From Gammaproteobacteria bacterium (GTDB taxonomy: Bacteria > Pseudomonadota > Gammaproteobacteria > UBA1113): a stretch of 64,000 nucleotides of DNA. This document shows, in pieces, positions 9,763-19,607 of the stretch. Position numbers and translations under genes: made by a program. Numbering within the stretch: the first letter of the stretch is position 1; the number at the start of each line of letters is the position of its first letter. The notes below the pieces were generated by a model. It worked only from the letters and a program-made list of their open reading frames with translations, ran no database searches and was not told the origin of the DNA. The stretch spans positions 5,046 through 69,045 of the forward strand of contig JAJFKI010000007.1 of assembly GCA_021773295.1 (NCBI GenBank), given 5' to 3'.

Positions 9763-10932
9763 ATGACGAAAGTATCTGATGCGCCGAAGCTTAATATCGC
9801 TTCTAAAGTAATACACGCAGGTCAAAAACCTGATCCGAGCACGGGTGCAATTATGCCCCCCATCTACGCAACATCAACCTACGTTCAACAAAGCCCTGGG
9901 GTACACCAAGGTTATGAATATTCTCGTAGCCAAAACCCTACGCGTGAAGCCTATGAACGCTGCATTGCGGCCTTAGAAAACGGTGCTCGTGGCTATGCCT
10001 TTGCCTCAGGCATGGCTGCCATTGCAACTGTGTTAGAGTTATTGGACTCAGGTTCACATATTATCGCTAGTGATGATTTATACGGCGGCACATTTCGTCT
10101 CTTTGATAAGGTCAAACAACGCTCAAGTGCACTAGCATTTAGTTTCATTGATTTCACGAAGATCGAGAATATCGAACATGCAATTCAAGAGAACACTAAA
10201 TTATTGTGGATAGAAACACCCACAAACCCAATGTTAAAACTTGCTGATATTGAACAAATAGTCGCCCTCGCGAAACGTAAGAACTTATTAACAGTTGTCG
10301 ACAATACCTTTGCCACGCCAATTAACCAGCAACCGCTTGCACTGGGCGCTGATATTGTCATGCATTCAGCCACCAAATACATTAGCGGTCACTCCGATGT
10401 GGTGAATGGCATCGTGGTGGTGAATGACAATCCTGAGTTGATTGAACAACTGGCATTTTTGCATAATGCTATGGGCGCTATCGCTGGTCCTTTTGATAGC
10501 TTTCTCGCCTTACGTGGCGCCAAAACCTTAGCCATCCGCATGCAGCGGCATAATGAAAATGCCACGGAATTGGCTCCGTGGCTAGCGAGTCACCCCAAAA
10601 TAGAACAAGTCATTTACCCAGGGCTTGACAGTCACCCTCATCACGCCCTAGCTAAACAACAAATGCAAGGTTTTGGTGGCATGATTAGCATAATCTTAAA
10701 AGGTAGCTTGGCAGATACCACTCGTTTTTTAGAACGCTGTCATTTATTTGCTCTAGCAGAGAGTTTGGGGGGCGTTGAGAGCCTAATTGAACACCCAGCG
10801 ATTATGACCCACGCTTCCATTCCAGCGGAAAATCGACGTGAATTGGGGATTATTGATGGGTTAGTACGCCTTTCCGTAGGAATCGAGCATATTTCTGATC
10901 TTAAACATGATTTAGATTATGCATTGCGTTGA
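9763..10932 (+). CDS. Cys/Met-metabolism PLP-dependent enzyme (cystathionine gamma-synthase/gamma-lyase/beta-lyase family)
   Basis: 389 aa; family-typical N-terminus (..HAGQ....TGA...PIY.TSTY) and TKY(I/L)SGHSD lysine region. Confidence 0.85.
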   Translation: MTKVSDAPKLNIASKVIHAGQKPDPSTGAIMPPIYATSTYVQQSPGVHQGYEYSRSQNPTREAYERCIAALENGARGYAFASGMAAIATVLELLDSGSHIIASDDLYGGTFRLFDKVKQRSSALAFSFIDFTKIENIEHAIQENTKLLWIETPTNPMLKLADIEQIVALAKRKNLLTVVDNTFATPINQQPLALGADIVMHSATKYISGHSDVVNGIVVVNDNPELIEQLAFLHNAMGAIAGPFDSFLALRGAKTLAIRMQRHNENATELAPWLASHPKIEQVIYPGLDSHPHHALAKQQMQGFGGMISIILKGSLADTTRFLERCHLFALAESLGGVESLIEHPAIMTHASIPAENRRELGIIDGLVRLSVGIEHISDLKHDLDYALR

Positions 10933-10973
10933 TTTGTGAGATAGCCGGTTAGCTTCTATACTTTGCACTAGAC

Positions 10974-11008
10974 CTATACCAATCGTACCTCAAAATGCGA
11001 TGGGTACT
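10974..11008. repeat. Minimal/collapsed copy of the MITE-like element (two termini only)
   Basis: tataccaatcgtacctcaaaatgcga|tgggtac is the left terminus followed directly by the right terminus of the 175-bp element. Confidence 0.45.
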
Positions 11009-11041
11009 ACAATAAATAAACGAAAGAGGGGTCGGGTCTAT

Positions 11042-11878
11042 ATGTCCAAAGTATTAAAGACATTATTCGCAATTGATTTCGCATCCTCGTCGAAAGAGGC
11101 ACTGCAAGCTTTAAGATACATACAGGGACATTACGGCGTTGAGCTGTACTTGATGCATGTTATCACCAGCTTCTGGCGTTCTTGGCTTTCATCCGGTCTC
11201 CACGAAAAAGAACAATTACAACGCCTCGAAAGCTGGAGTTCGCGCTTACGAGAACAACAACTAGCACCGGATCACTTAATCATTAAAACGGGCACAGCTG
11301 CGAGTGCGATTATTTCTGAAGCCAATAAGCTCGATACCGATCTAATCCTCATCGGCGGCCATGTGACTAAAAAGCGTTTTGGCACAGAGAAAACAGCCAT
11401 GATGGTGGTACGACACGCATCTCAATCGGTACTGCTTTGCAAAAATCATGTGTTTAATAAAGTACTTTGCGGTGTCGATGGTTCAAAAAGTTCTGCGAGA
11501 GCATTGAATCAAGCGATTAACGTCTGCCGTGCGAATGATTTATCACTCACCATTGCTAGTGTATTACCGCGCTTAGACTTTAACCCACTGGGCATGCCCA
11601 ATGAAGATATTGAAGCCAGAGAACAAGCCTATCGTGAAGCTAAAATCATTGAAATAAATGAATTCCTTGATCACTTCGATTTCTCAGGCGTGCAAACGAA
11701 TCGCTGCTATCCCTGGGGCACCACATCACGGGTTATGCTTAATATGGCATTCGATTTTGACTATGACTTAATCGTTATCGGCGCAACGGGACAATCCATA
11801 TTAAGTAATGTCTTAATGGGTGGTACTGCTGAACGCATCCTCAAAGCAGCTCCTTGTTCACTTCTGATTACTCGCTAA
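11042..11878 (+). CDS. Universal stress protein, tandem UspA domains
   Basis: Two Usp-type domains (..DLILIGGHV..; ..LIVIGATGQS..LMGGTAERIL..APCSLLI); start at ATG 11042 with aagagggg RBS, not the upstream ATG 11000. Confidence 0.8.
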   Translation: MSKVLKTLFAIDFASSSKEALQALRYIQGHYGVELYLMHVITSFWRSWLSSGLHEKEQLQRLESWSSRLREQQLAPDHLIIKTGTAASAIISEANKLDTDLILIGGHVTKKRFGTEKTAMMVVRHASQSVLLCKNHVFNKVLCGVDGSKSSARALNQAINVCRANDLSLTIASVLPRLDFNPLGMPNEDIEAREQAYREAKIIEINEFLDHFDFSGVQTNRCYPWGTTSRVMLNMAFDFDYDLIVIGATGQSILSNVLMGGTAERILKAAPCSLLITR

Positions 11879-12021
11879 ACCAAAATGAATCTTCGCAACA
11901 CAGCTGTCTTTTCCTTGTCTGAAAAACCATTGAGAATAATGACATGTTCAACGATTAGCAACTGGTTGTTATCATTTTGTTTTTAAAATTCATGACCACA
12001 ATCCACAGACATTCCCACACC

Positions 12022-12030
12022 TTATCCACA
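12022..12030 (+). promoter_or_regulatory. Consensus DnaA box TTATCCACA upstream of nrdA
   Basis: Exact 9-mer; part of a 15-bp arm (cttatccacaagctt) inverted-repeated at 12144-12158. Confidence 0.5.
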
Positions 12031-12149
12031 AGCTTTTCCCAGGTTGTTATCTTGCATTTCAAAATCAAACGCTCTATCTTGTAGTTGGAGTGAGGGAAAT
12101 ACCCATATATTGGGGTGCCGGAGTGCACAGACCCCAACACCCTGCAGCT

Positions 12150-12158
12150 TGTGGATAA
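12150..12158 (-). promoter_or_regulatory. Consensus DnaA box (TGTGGATAA, reverse orientation) 37 bp upstream of nrdA start
   Basis: Exact reverse-complement 9-mer; partner of the box at 12022. Confidence 0.5.
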
Positions 12159-12194
12159 GTTGTAAAGAAATAACTCAACACCTGGAGGGGGTTA

Positions 12195-15038
12195 ATGGAA
12201 ACCATCGAAAGAAATACCTTTATTACGAGTAAAGCATCCGTGAAAGAGAATAATAATAACACAATCACTGAGATTACGGCTAATCAACCTGGCACCATAA
12301 GAGTCATTCGTCGCAATGGCAAAGTTGTCGCCTATGACGATAGTAAAATTGCCATCGCCTTAACCAAGGCATTTATTGCCCAAGAGCAAGAAGCCACCGA
12401 GCACGCTTCAAGCAGCATCCATGACAAAGTTGAACAATTAGTAAGTGCTATTACCACTGCCTTCCAACGACGCTTACCCAGTGGTGGCACCATCCATATC
12501 GAAGATATCCAAGACCAAGTTGAATTAGCGCTCATGCGTGCTGCAGAGCACCAAGTTGCCAGAGCCTACGTCCTTTACCGTGAAGAACACCGCAAAGCGC
12601 GTGAAGCAGAGCCAGCTATTAAAGATGAAAATTTATTACACATAACCCTCGATGATGGTATGCGAGTACCTCTGGATATGAATCGTTTAAAAAACATCGT
12701 AACTGAAGCTTGCCACGGCATTAGTGATGTTGATGCGGACATTATCATCAAAGATGTACATCGCAATTTATACGATGGCGTTAGCTTGGACGATATTCAA
12801 AAAGCACTCGTGCTTTCTGCTCGCACACTTATCGAAAAAGAACCTAACTACACGCATGTCACTGCAGGCATTTTATTACATTCCTTACGGCGTGAAGCTT
12901 TGAACTTTTTGAACTTAGCAAAAGAAGCGTCATTCAAGGAAATGAAACAACTTTACCCCACCTATTTCAAAGCTTATCTTAAAAAAGGCATTGAATGTGA
13001 GTTACTGGATCCAAACTTACTCAACTTTGACTTAGATAAAATTACTAAAGCTATCGACCCCACGCGTGATTTTAATTTCACCTATCTTGGCTTACAAACA
13101 CTCTATGATCGCTATTTTATTCATAGTAATGACACGCGCTTTGAATTGCCACAAGCCTTTTTCATGCGCGTTGCCATGGGCTTAGCGGGAGAGGAAAGTG
13201 ATAAAGAAGCCAGAGCGATTGAATTTTACAATTTGCTCTCTTCTTTCGATTACATGAGTTCAACGCCAACCTTATTCAACTCAGGCACCTTGCGTCCACA
13301 GTTATCCAGCTGCTACCTCACCACTGTCCCTGATGATCTAGATGGTATTTATAGTGCCATTAAAGACAATGCCCTACTGTCTAAGTTCGCTGGCGGACTT
13401 GGTAATGATTGGACACCTGTGCGTGCTATGGGTGCAAAAATCAAAGGAACCAATGGTAAGTCTCTTGGTGTTATCCCCTTCATGAGTGTGGCCAATGCCA
13501 CCGCCGTTGCCGTTAATCAAGGCGGTAAGCGCAAAGGCGCTGTGTGTGCTTACCTAGAAACCTTCCACAAAGACATTAAAGAATTTTTAGATTTACGTAA
13601 AAATACTGGCGATGAACGCCGTCGTACTCACGACATGAATACTGCCAATTGGATCCCAGATTTATTCATGAAGCGAATCATGGAAGATAAAAATTGGATT
13701 TTATTCTCACCCGATGACGCACCTGATTTACACGATCTCTACGGCCCACAATTCGAAGAAGCCTACCTTGCTTATGAGAAAAAAGTAGCGACTGGTGAAA
13801 TTAAAAACGTCGAAGTAACACCTGCAAAAAATTTATGGCGTAAAATGTTAAGCCTATTATTTGAAACAGGTCATCCATGGGTCACCTTCAAAGATCCCTG
13901 TAATATCCGTTCGCCACAACAACATGTAGGCGTGGTACACAGTTCAAATCTCTGCACTGAAATTACTTTAAACACATCCAACGATGAAATTGCCGTCTGT
14001 AATTTAGGCAGCATCAATTTACCGGCTCACATTGAAAATGGCGCCATTAATAAAGCGAAATTAGAAAAAACCATCAACACAGCCATTCGCATGTTGGATA
14101 ATGTCATTGATATTAACTATTACTCCGTACCACAGGCGAGACGCTCTAATTTGCGTCACCGCCCTATTGGTCTTGGTATCATGGGTTTCCAAGATGCTCT
14201 GTATAAATTAGGCATCAATTACTGCTCTGATGATGCGGTACAATTTGCTGATACCTCGATGGAATTAGTCAGTTATTTTGCCATTCAAGCTTCATGTCAT
14301 TTAGCCAAAGAACGTGGTGCTTATTCAAGCTTTGAAGGCTCTTTGTGGAGCAAAGGTATTTTGCCCATTGATTCCATCGATTTATTAGAAAAAGCACGTG
14401 GTGGTTATTTAGAACAAGACAGAAGCACAACGTTAGACTGGGACAAATTACGTAAAGCCGTGAAAACCCATGGTATGCGTAATTCAAACTGCATGGCTAT
14501 TGCGCCAACAGCAACAATTTCTAACATCGTTGGTGTTAGCCAATCCATCGAACCTACCTACCAGAACCTCTACGTTAAATCCAATTTATCCGGTGAATTT
14601 ACCGTGGTTAATCCGTACTTGGTCAAAGACTTAAAAGCCTTAGATCTTTGGGATCAAGTAATGGTCAATGACTTGAAGTATTTCAATGGTAGTGTCCAAG
14701 CCATTGAACGTATACCTGCAGTTATTAAACAGCGCTATGCCACTGCTTTTGAAATTGATGCAATTTGGCTGGTAGAAGCCGGCGCCAGACGCCAAAAGTG
14801 GATTGACCAATCTCAGTCATTAAATCTTTACATGGCAGAACCTTCTGGTAAAAAACTAGATAATCTGTACCGAACTGCTTGGTTGCGTGGTTTGAAAACC
14901 ACTTACTACTTGCGTAGCTTGGGTGCCACCAATGCAGAAAAATCAACAATACACGATCACGCACTGAATGCCGTTAACGTGCAGCAAGCACCGCAAGCTT
15001 GTGCCATTGATGATCCTGAATGCGAGGCTTGCCAGTAA
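12195..15038 (+). CDS. nrdA: Ribonucleoside-diphosphate reductase alpha subunit, class Ia, with N-terminal ATP-cone
   Basis: 947 aa; ATP-cone ([13 protein letters not shown]), catalytic NLCTEI...C, C-terminal tail cysteines; ggagggggtt RBS. Confidence 0.95.
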   Translation: METIERNTFITSKASVKENNNNTITEITANQPGTIRVIRRNGKVVAYDDSKIAIALTKAFIAQEQEATEHASSSIHDKVEQLVSAITTAFQRRLPSGGTIHIEDIQDQVELALMRAAEHQVARAYVLYREEHRKAREAEPAIKDENLLHITLDDGMRVPLDMNRLKNIVTEACHGISDVDADIIIKDVHRNLYDGVSLDDIQKALVLSARTLIEKEPNYTHVTAGILLHSLRREALNFLNLAKEASFKEMKQLYPTYFKAYLKKGIECELLDPNLLNFDLDKITKAIDPTRDFNFTYLGLQTLYDRYFIHSNDTRFELPQAFFMRVAMGLAGEESDKEARAIEFYNLLSSFDYMSSTPTLFNSGTLRPQLSSCYLTTVPDDLDGIYSAIKDNALLSKFAGGLGNDWTPVRAMGAKIKGTNGKSLGVIPFMSVANATAVAVNQGGKRKGAVCAYLETFHKDIKEFLDLRKNTGDERRRTHDMNTANWIPDLFMKRIMEDKNWILFSPDDAPDLHDLYGPQFEEAYLAYEKKVATGEIKNVEVTPAKNLWRKMLSLLFETGHPWVTFKDPCNIRSPQQHVGVVHSSNLCTEITLNTSNDEIAVCNLGSINLPAHIENGAINKAKLEKTINTAIRMLDNVIDINYYSVPQARRSNLRHRPIGLGIMGFQDALYKLGINYCSDDAVQFADTSMELVSYFAIQASCHLAKERGAYSSFEGSLWSKGILPIDSIDLLEKARGGYLEQDRSTTLDWDKLRKAVKTHGMRNSNCMAIAPTATISNIVGVSQSIEPTYQNLYVKSNLSGEFTVVNPYLVKDLKALDLWDQVMVNDLKYFNGSVQAIERIPAVIKQRYATAFEIDAIWLVEAGARRQKWIDQSQSLNLYMAEPSGKKLDNLYRTAWLRGLKTTYYLRSLGATNAEKSTIHDHALNAVNVQQAPQACAIDDPECEACQ

Positions 15039-15097
15039 TGACTGGATTTAAGTCTAACGAACAAGAAAGTAAATACAGTTACAAAAAGGAATCTATT

Positions 15098-16252
15098 ATG
15101 TCAACTTTAGAATTATGTGAAGAGGATGTTGCAATGATTGATGAAGATTTATCAAACATTATGAATGCCACAGCAGATCAAGCACAAAACGCAAGGATCA
15201 CGGGGCTTGAGACGATTGAAATGGGTGCAGCCCGTATTCAAGTGGATGATAAAAAAATCATAAATTGCCGCGCCGACTTAAACCAATTAGTGCCCTTCAA
15301 ATATGAATGGGCTTGGAAAAAATATTTAGACGCTTGTGCGAATCATTGGATGCCTAATGAAATCAATATGGCGCCTGATGTCGCCTTGTGGAAAGATCCA
15401 AACGGCTTAAGTGAAGATGAACGTCTCATTATCATGCGAAACTTAGGCTTTTTCTCCACTGCCGATTCATTGGTAGCCAATAACTTAGTGCTCGCGGTTT
15501 ATCGACATGTCACTAACCCTGAGTGTCGTCAGTACTTACTACGCCAAGCCTTCGAAGAAGCCTTGCATACTCATGCTTACCAATACGTCATTGAAAGTTT
15601 AGGTTTAGACGAAGCCGAAGTCTTTAATATGTATCGCGAAGTGCCATCAGTAGCTACAAAAGCAAATTGGGCGTTAAAATACACGCAAAGCTTAGGCGAC
15701 CCAACCTTCCAGACAGGAACGCCTGAAACCGATCAACGCCTACTACGCGACTTGATTGCTTTTTATGTCATTTTTGAAGGGATCTTCTTCTATGTAGGCT
15801 TCACTCAAATTCTTTCCATGGGTCGTCGAAATAAAATGGTGGGAACATCAGAGCAGTTCCAATATATTTTACGCGACGAATCTATGCACATGAACTTTGG
15901 TATCGATGTTATTAATCAAATCAAAATTGAAAATCCACACTTATGGACTGATGCTTTCCAACAAGAAGCCATTACCATGATTCGTGAAGGTGTAGACTTA
16001 GAAGCTCAATACGCCATCGACACCATGCCACGCGGCATCCTTGGCATGAATGCGGGTATGTTTAAAGAATATTTAGAATACATCGCTAACCGTCGTTGTG
16101 CGCAAATCGGCTTACCAGAGCAATACCCAGGCGCTGACAATCCATTCCCATGGATGAGTGAAATGCTCGACTTAAAGAAAGAGAAAAACTTCTTTGAAAC
16201 CCGCGTGATTGAGTACCAAGCCGGTGGTACCTTGTCCTGGGACGATGATTAA
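15098..16252 (+). CDS. nrdB: Ribonucleoside-diphosphate reductase beta subunit
   Basis: Di-iron/tyrosyl-radical R2 fold (FEGIFFY..F); start at ATG 15098 with aaagga RBS rather than the overlapping 15020 start. Confidence 0.93.
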   Translation: MSTLELCEEDVAMIDEDLSNIMNATADQAQNARITGLETIEMGAARIQVDDKKIINCRADLNQLVPFKYEWAWKKYLDACANHWMPNEINMAPDVALWKDPNGLSEDERLIIMRNLGFFSTADSLVANNLVLAVYRHVTNPECRQYLLRQAFEEALHTHAYQYVIESLGLDEAEVFNMYREVPSVATKANWALKYTQSLGDPTFQTGTPETDQRLLRDLIAFYVIFEGIFFYVGFTQILSMGRRNKMVGTSEQFQYILRDESMHMNFGIDVINQIKIENPHLWTDAFQQEAITMIREGVDLEAQYAIDTMPRGILGMNAGMFKEYLEYIANRRCAQIGLPEQYPGADNPFPWMSEMLDLKKEKNFFETRVIEYQAGGTLSWDDD

Positions 16253-16278
16253 TCGTTTTTTACCCCCCCTACCCTAAT

Positions 16279-16299
16279 CTTCCCCCGCAAGGGGGGAAG
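16279..16299. terminator. GC-rich hairpin (8-bp stem, GCAA tetraloop) between convergent nrdB and the lipoprotein gene
   Basis: cttcccccGCAAgggggaag, a near-perfect inverted repeat (one extra G bulge); no clean U-run, so may also be a small repeat element (see 17424-17490). Confidence 0.4.
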
Positions 16300-16341
16300 A
16301 AATAAGCAGTGCAGAGCATTTTATTTAGCGAGATTATAATT

Positions 16342-16557
16342 TTAGTCTTTAGTTACTTGATGGCCAATCAAACCACCAACTGCAGCACCTGTTGCACCGC
16401 CAATAACAGCACCAGAGCCTGAACCACCGATTGCGGCACCTGCGGCACCACCAACCACAGCGCCAGCCATTGTGCCTTTTTCTTGTTTCGTCATGGAGCA
16501 GCCCGCTAAGACCGCGGCAAGAACAATTGTTCCAGTAATCGTCAATATCTTTTTCAT
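16342..16557 (-). CDS. Glycine-zipper lipoprotein (Pcp/SlyB-like)
   Basis: 71 aa; lipobox LAGC; GxxxG-rich glycine-zipper segment (VVGGAAGAAIGGSGSGAVIGGATGAAVGGLIG). Confidence 0.7.
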   Translation of the reverse strand: MKKILTITGTIVLAAVLAGCSMTKQEKGTMAGAVVGGAAGAAIGGSGSGAVIGGATGAAVGGLIGHQVTKD

Positions 16558-16667
16558 AATATCCCCTCACACGTATGTGTAATTATTGAACTACACCATT
16601 AGTTTAGCAAAGATTAACAGAAAATCATGGCTGGATAGATAATTTTTAAAAGAGGCTTACTGGTTGA

Positions 16668-17354
16668 TTATTCAATAATACTGGGATGCAATAAGACCTC
16701 ATCCAGCAATTGCTGCGTAAAACACGTGCGAAGATAAAATCCCCGTGGCAAGGTCATTATAGCGACGCCATCAGGCCCGATGGCTTTTGTTAATGCACTG
16801 GCATTGGCGCCTTTTGGTCTTACTTGCATATACTTTCCATACTTTGCCGTAATTTGTTCGATTTCGCCAAAAGCTACTTTGTCCATGAGCTCTTGCCAGT
16901 CTTGACGCAAAATAGCTTCTTGTAAGGACGTGGCTTGCCACAAAAACCCTTGGCCTATTACCCTATCTTTCAAAGGGCGCCCTTTCTCCGTCAAAATCGG
17001 TATCCATAGTACTTTTGTCAACTTGGCTTTTACTTCTGAGTTTTCCCAGGTGAGACCTAAGATGTTATATAAAGGTACGATACTGACATAGGTGGACTCT
17101 AAAACTTTACCCGCTGAGTTTATGGGGATCGTTTTTAATTCTATGCCTAATTGTTGGAAGTCTGGCTCTGGCTTCGAGCCTGCTGAAGCTCCTAGACATA
17201 ATTCTAATAACAGCCCTGCTATTCCTTTGCTTTTCTTTGGATCCTCGGGGAGCTCTACCCCTAGGTTATCAGCCAATTGGGCTATGGGCATACCGGCGAT
17301 GGCCTGTACGCGTTTTAGCAATTGTTGTTCCGTGCTCGGCGGGCTAATTTTCAT
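16668..17354 (-). CDS. mutH: DNA mismatch repair endonuclease MutH
   Basis: 228 aa; collinear with E. coli MutH including the catalytic D-x6-E-x-K (DFQQLGIELKTIP) and GASAGSKPE, LTLPRGFYL motifs. Confidence 0.85.
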   Translation of the reverse strand: MKISPPSTEQQLLKRVQAIAGMPIAQLADNLGVELPEDPKKSKGIAGLLLELCLGASAGSKPEPDFQQLGIELKTIPINSAGKVLESTYVSIVPLYNILGLTWENSEVKAKLTKVLWIPILTEKGRPLKDRVIGQGFLWQATSLQEAILRQDWQELMDKVAFGEIEQITAKYGKYMQVRPKGANASALTKAIGPDGVAIMTLPRGFYLRTCFTQQLLDEVLLHPSIIE

Positions 17355-17423
17355 GATTATTCCTTGTTTTTCTAGTTGTTATAATAATATTTTAATGTTT
17401 TTCTTTAAGTTATGGTTAGTCTG

Positions 17424-17490
17424 CTTATCCCCCACCCTGCAGGGGGAGGGAATAGGAAGTGCTTATTCCGTAGCCCGCAAGGGAGAAAGA
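17424..17490. repeat. GC-rich multi-hairpin element upstream of mutH
   Basis: ccctgcaggg palindrome, ggaata...tattcc hairpin and cccGCAAggg tetraloop hairpin; shares the GCAA-hairpin and aataagca motif (inverted) with the element at 16262-16325. Confidence 0.3.
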
Positions 17491-17604
17491 ACAATGGATA
17501 TGCTAGCTAAAAAAAATGCGCAATACCAGTCTTCTCGTCAAGCATAGTGTCCAATTATTGGCTATAGTCATAGTAACTGTTCAATAAGATAACAGGGGGT
17601 TGTT

Positions 17605-18315
17605 TTGGGAAAGATGGCTAAATACATCGTCCTGCCGATGGTAAGTATGGCCATGGGGGTTTGCGAGAGTGCTTTTGGCGGTCAGTTTGCTGAGCGTTAT
17701 TGTAAGCAAGCAGGTTTCCATTGCATTAACATCAAATCAGGCGATAGTTGGCAAAAACTCTTTCCCGATGAAAAACACCGCGATGTCGTCAAACGTGTCA
17801 ATCGCATGAATACTCGCTTACGCAAAGGCATGCGTATCGCTGTACCTAATAATTTGCCTTATACCGACCGTATGGACATTGCGCCCTTTCCACAACTCAT
17901 TAATCCACCCGGTAGAAAGCTCGTGGTTGTTGATCCAAAAGTGTTAGCGTGGGGTGCCTACAATCGCCAAGGCGAGTTAGTTCATTGGGGTCCTGCATCC
18001 GGCGGCAAAAACTATTGCCGAGACGTGCGCAGAGGCTGTCGCACCGTACGCGGCACTTATTCCTTTTACCATAAACGCGGCGCTGGTTGTCGTTCAAGCA
18101 AATATCCTCTAAGACGTGGCGGGGCACCCATGCCCTACTGCATGTTCTTTTACAAAGGATATGCACTACATGGCTCACCCGTAGTGCCAGGCTACCATGC
18201 CAGCCACGGCTGCGTACGCTTATTTAATAATGACGCAAAATGGCTGAACACAGAATTTATTGATTTACCAAGTTACAAAAGAAGGGGCACAAAAATAATA
18301 ATAAATAATTACTGA
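17605..18315 (+). CDS. L,D-transpeptidase (YkuD/ErfK family) with N-terminal LysM domain
   Basis: Catalytic HGSP...GYHASHGCVRL motif; LysM-like segment (INIKSGDSWQKL...RVNRMN...GMRIAVP); N-terminal signal. Confidence 0.8.
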   Translation: MGKMAKYIVLPMVSMAMGVCESAFGGQFAERYCKQAGFHCINIKSGDSWQKLFPDEKHRDVVKRVNRMNTRLRKGMRIAVPNNLPYTDRMDIAPFPQLINPPGRKLVVVDPKVLAWGAYNRQGELVHWGPASGGKNYCRDVRRGCRTVRGTYSFYHKRGAGCRSSKYPLRRGGAPMPYCMFFYKGYALHGSPVVPGYHASHGCVRLFNNDAKWLNTEFIDLPSYKRRGTKIIINNY

Positions 18316-18455
18316 CAAACGTTAATAGCACGTCTTCGCAAGGTTTAAGCGAGATTGTCCGAAGATAAAAATTCCTTATAGAATTTTTCTGGATCCTCGG
18401 CTCAAAGCCGAGAACATGGTTTCTGCCTCCTCGACCCCCTCAAGTAAGGGGCATT

Positions 18456-18528
18456 CTCTCGGGGGCCCGAAGACAGAGTGGTTTTCTCCTTTGCCACGCT
18501 GTCGACATTTCCCCGAGAGATTTTTTTT
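18456..18528 (+). terminator. Long-range stem (ctctcgggg/ccccgagag) followed by T8 run; intrinsic terminator for + strand transcripts
   Basis: 9-bp perfect inverted repeat enclosing ~45 nt with internal hairpins, then attttttttattt. Confidence 0.45.
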
Positions 18529-18530
18529 AT

Positions 18531-19508
18531 TTATAGCGTGTGTGGAATACAATGCTCGATTAGGTTTAAAGGATCAGCATGGTTTCTGAGCTCATCACTT
18601 AACGTACGGCGCCAATGTTTACCTCCTGTTACTCCGTGGAACAGATTGAGCAAAGGGCGAGTCATATGCTTTAAAGCGACACCTTGAGACATTTGCTGAC
18701 GAATATAAGCTAAGTATTTTTGAATAACTTCACTGCGGGTTTTGATCACTGCACCCTCTGCATAAATGTAGTGATCGATGTGCGCGATTAGATAGGGATT
18801 ATTACACGCTTCGCGTCCTATCATAACACCGCTTACGTGGCGCAAATGCTCTGTGATGTCACCAAGGGTTTTAATGCCACCGTTCATCGTTAATGTTAAA
18901 TCCGGAAATGCTTGTTGGATGCGATAAACTCGCTGATAGTCTAAGGGAGGAATGTCACGATTCTGTTTTGGACTCAGTCCCTTCAGCCATGCTTTGCGTG
19001 CATGGATAATCACATGGCTACAACCAGCGGCAACAATTTCGGTAATAAAGCCATGTAAGTGCTCATAGCTGTCTAATTCATCGATGCCATTGCGACATTT
19101 GACGCTCACTGGCATGTCAACTGCTTCCTTCATTGCCGCGACACAATCAGCCACTAAGCTCGGCTCAGCCATCAAACAAGCCCCTATGGCGCCCGATTGA
19201 ACTCGGCTACTTGGGCATCCTACATTCAAATTAATCGCGTCATAGCCCGCCTTTTGAGCAATAATGGCACATTTAGACAGTTCCGAGGGGTTACTGCCTC
19301 CTAGTTGGAGCACTAATGGGTGTTCAGCCTCATCATAGGCTAAAAAACGCGTAGGGCAGTTATGTAGCAGTGCTCCAGTTGTCAGCATTTCGGTGTATAG
19401 CACCACCCGATGCGATAATATCCGCATTAAATAGCGAAAATGCCGATCCGTGACATCCATCATCGGTGCAATTGATACCTTGGAAGAGAACATAATAAAA
19501 TTAATCAA
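18531..19508 (-). CDS. dusA: tRNA-dihydrouridine synthase A
   Basis: 325 aa; (V/F)S(I/V)APM(M/L)D(V/W)TDRH.RY N-terminal motif and TIM-barrel Dus signature. Confidence 0.85.
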   Translation of the reverse strand: MINFIMFSSKVSIAPMMDVTDRHFRYLMRILSHRVVLYTEMLTTGALLHNCPTRFLAYDEAEHPLVLQLGGSNPSELSKCAIIAQKAGYDAINLNVGCPSSRVQSGAIGACLMAEPSLVADCVAAMKEAVDMPVSVKCRNGIDELDSYEHLHGFITEIVAAGCSHVIIHARKAWLKGLSPKQNRDIPPLDYQRVYRIQQAFPDLTLTMNGGIKTLGDITEHLRHVSGVMIGREACNNPYLIAHIDHYIYAEGAVIKTRSEVIQKYLAYIRQQMSQGVALKHMTRPLLNLFHGVTGGKHWRRTLSDELRNHADPLNLIEHCIPHTL

Positions 19509-19607
19509 TCAATAAATGTAGGGGTAGTATAAAGGATTTAGAGACTAAAATCTTGCCAAGAGCGAAAGGATTATTCAGCATTGGGCAAAACATTGATTGC
19601 TCAACTC

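Noticed and set aside
11955-12268. Small overlapping ORFs (11955-12140 -, 12044-12232 +, 12074-12268 -) in the nrdA leader
   Set aside because: Mutually overlapping with no RBS or homology. The region is better explained as the DnaA-box-containing regulatory leader.
16349-16570. 73-aa Cys/Arg/Trp-rich ORF overlapping the glycine-zipper lipoprotein gene in another frame
   Set aside because: Alternate frame of a GGN-rich gene. The lipoprotein frame has lipobox and signal peptide.
17092-17547. 151-aa plus-strand ORF antisense to mutH, and similar antisense ORFs (42582-42935, 60717-61268, 8896-9090)
   Set aside because: No homology or RBS, and each lies fully inside a well-supported gene on the opposite strand.
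18320-18530. Possibility that the structured intergenic region is a 6S RNA (ssrS), tmRNA or SRP RNA
   Set aside because: No SRP domain-IV motif and no tmRNA tag/CCA features. The closing-stem plus central-bubble span (~75 nt) is too short for 6S. Kept only as a generic sRNA/terminator candidate.
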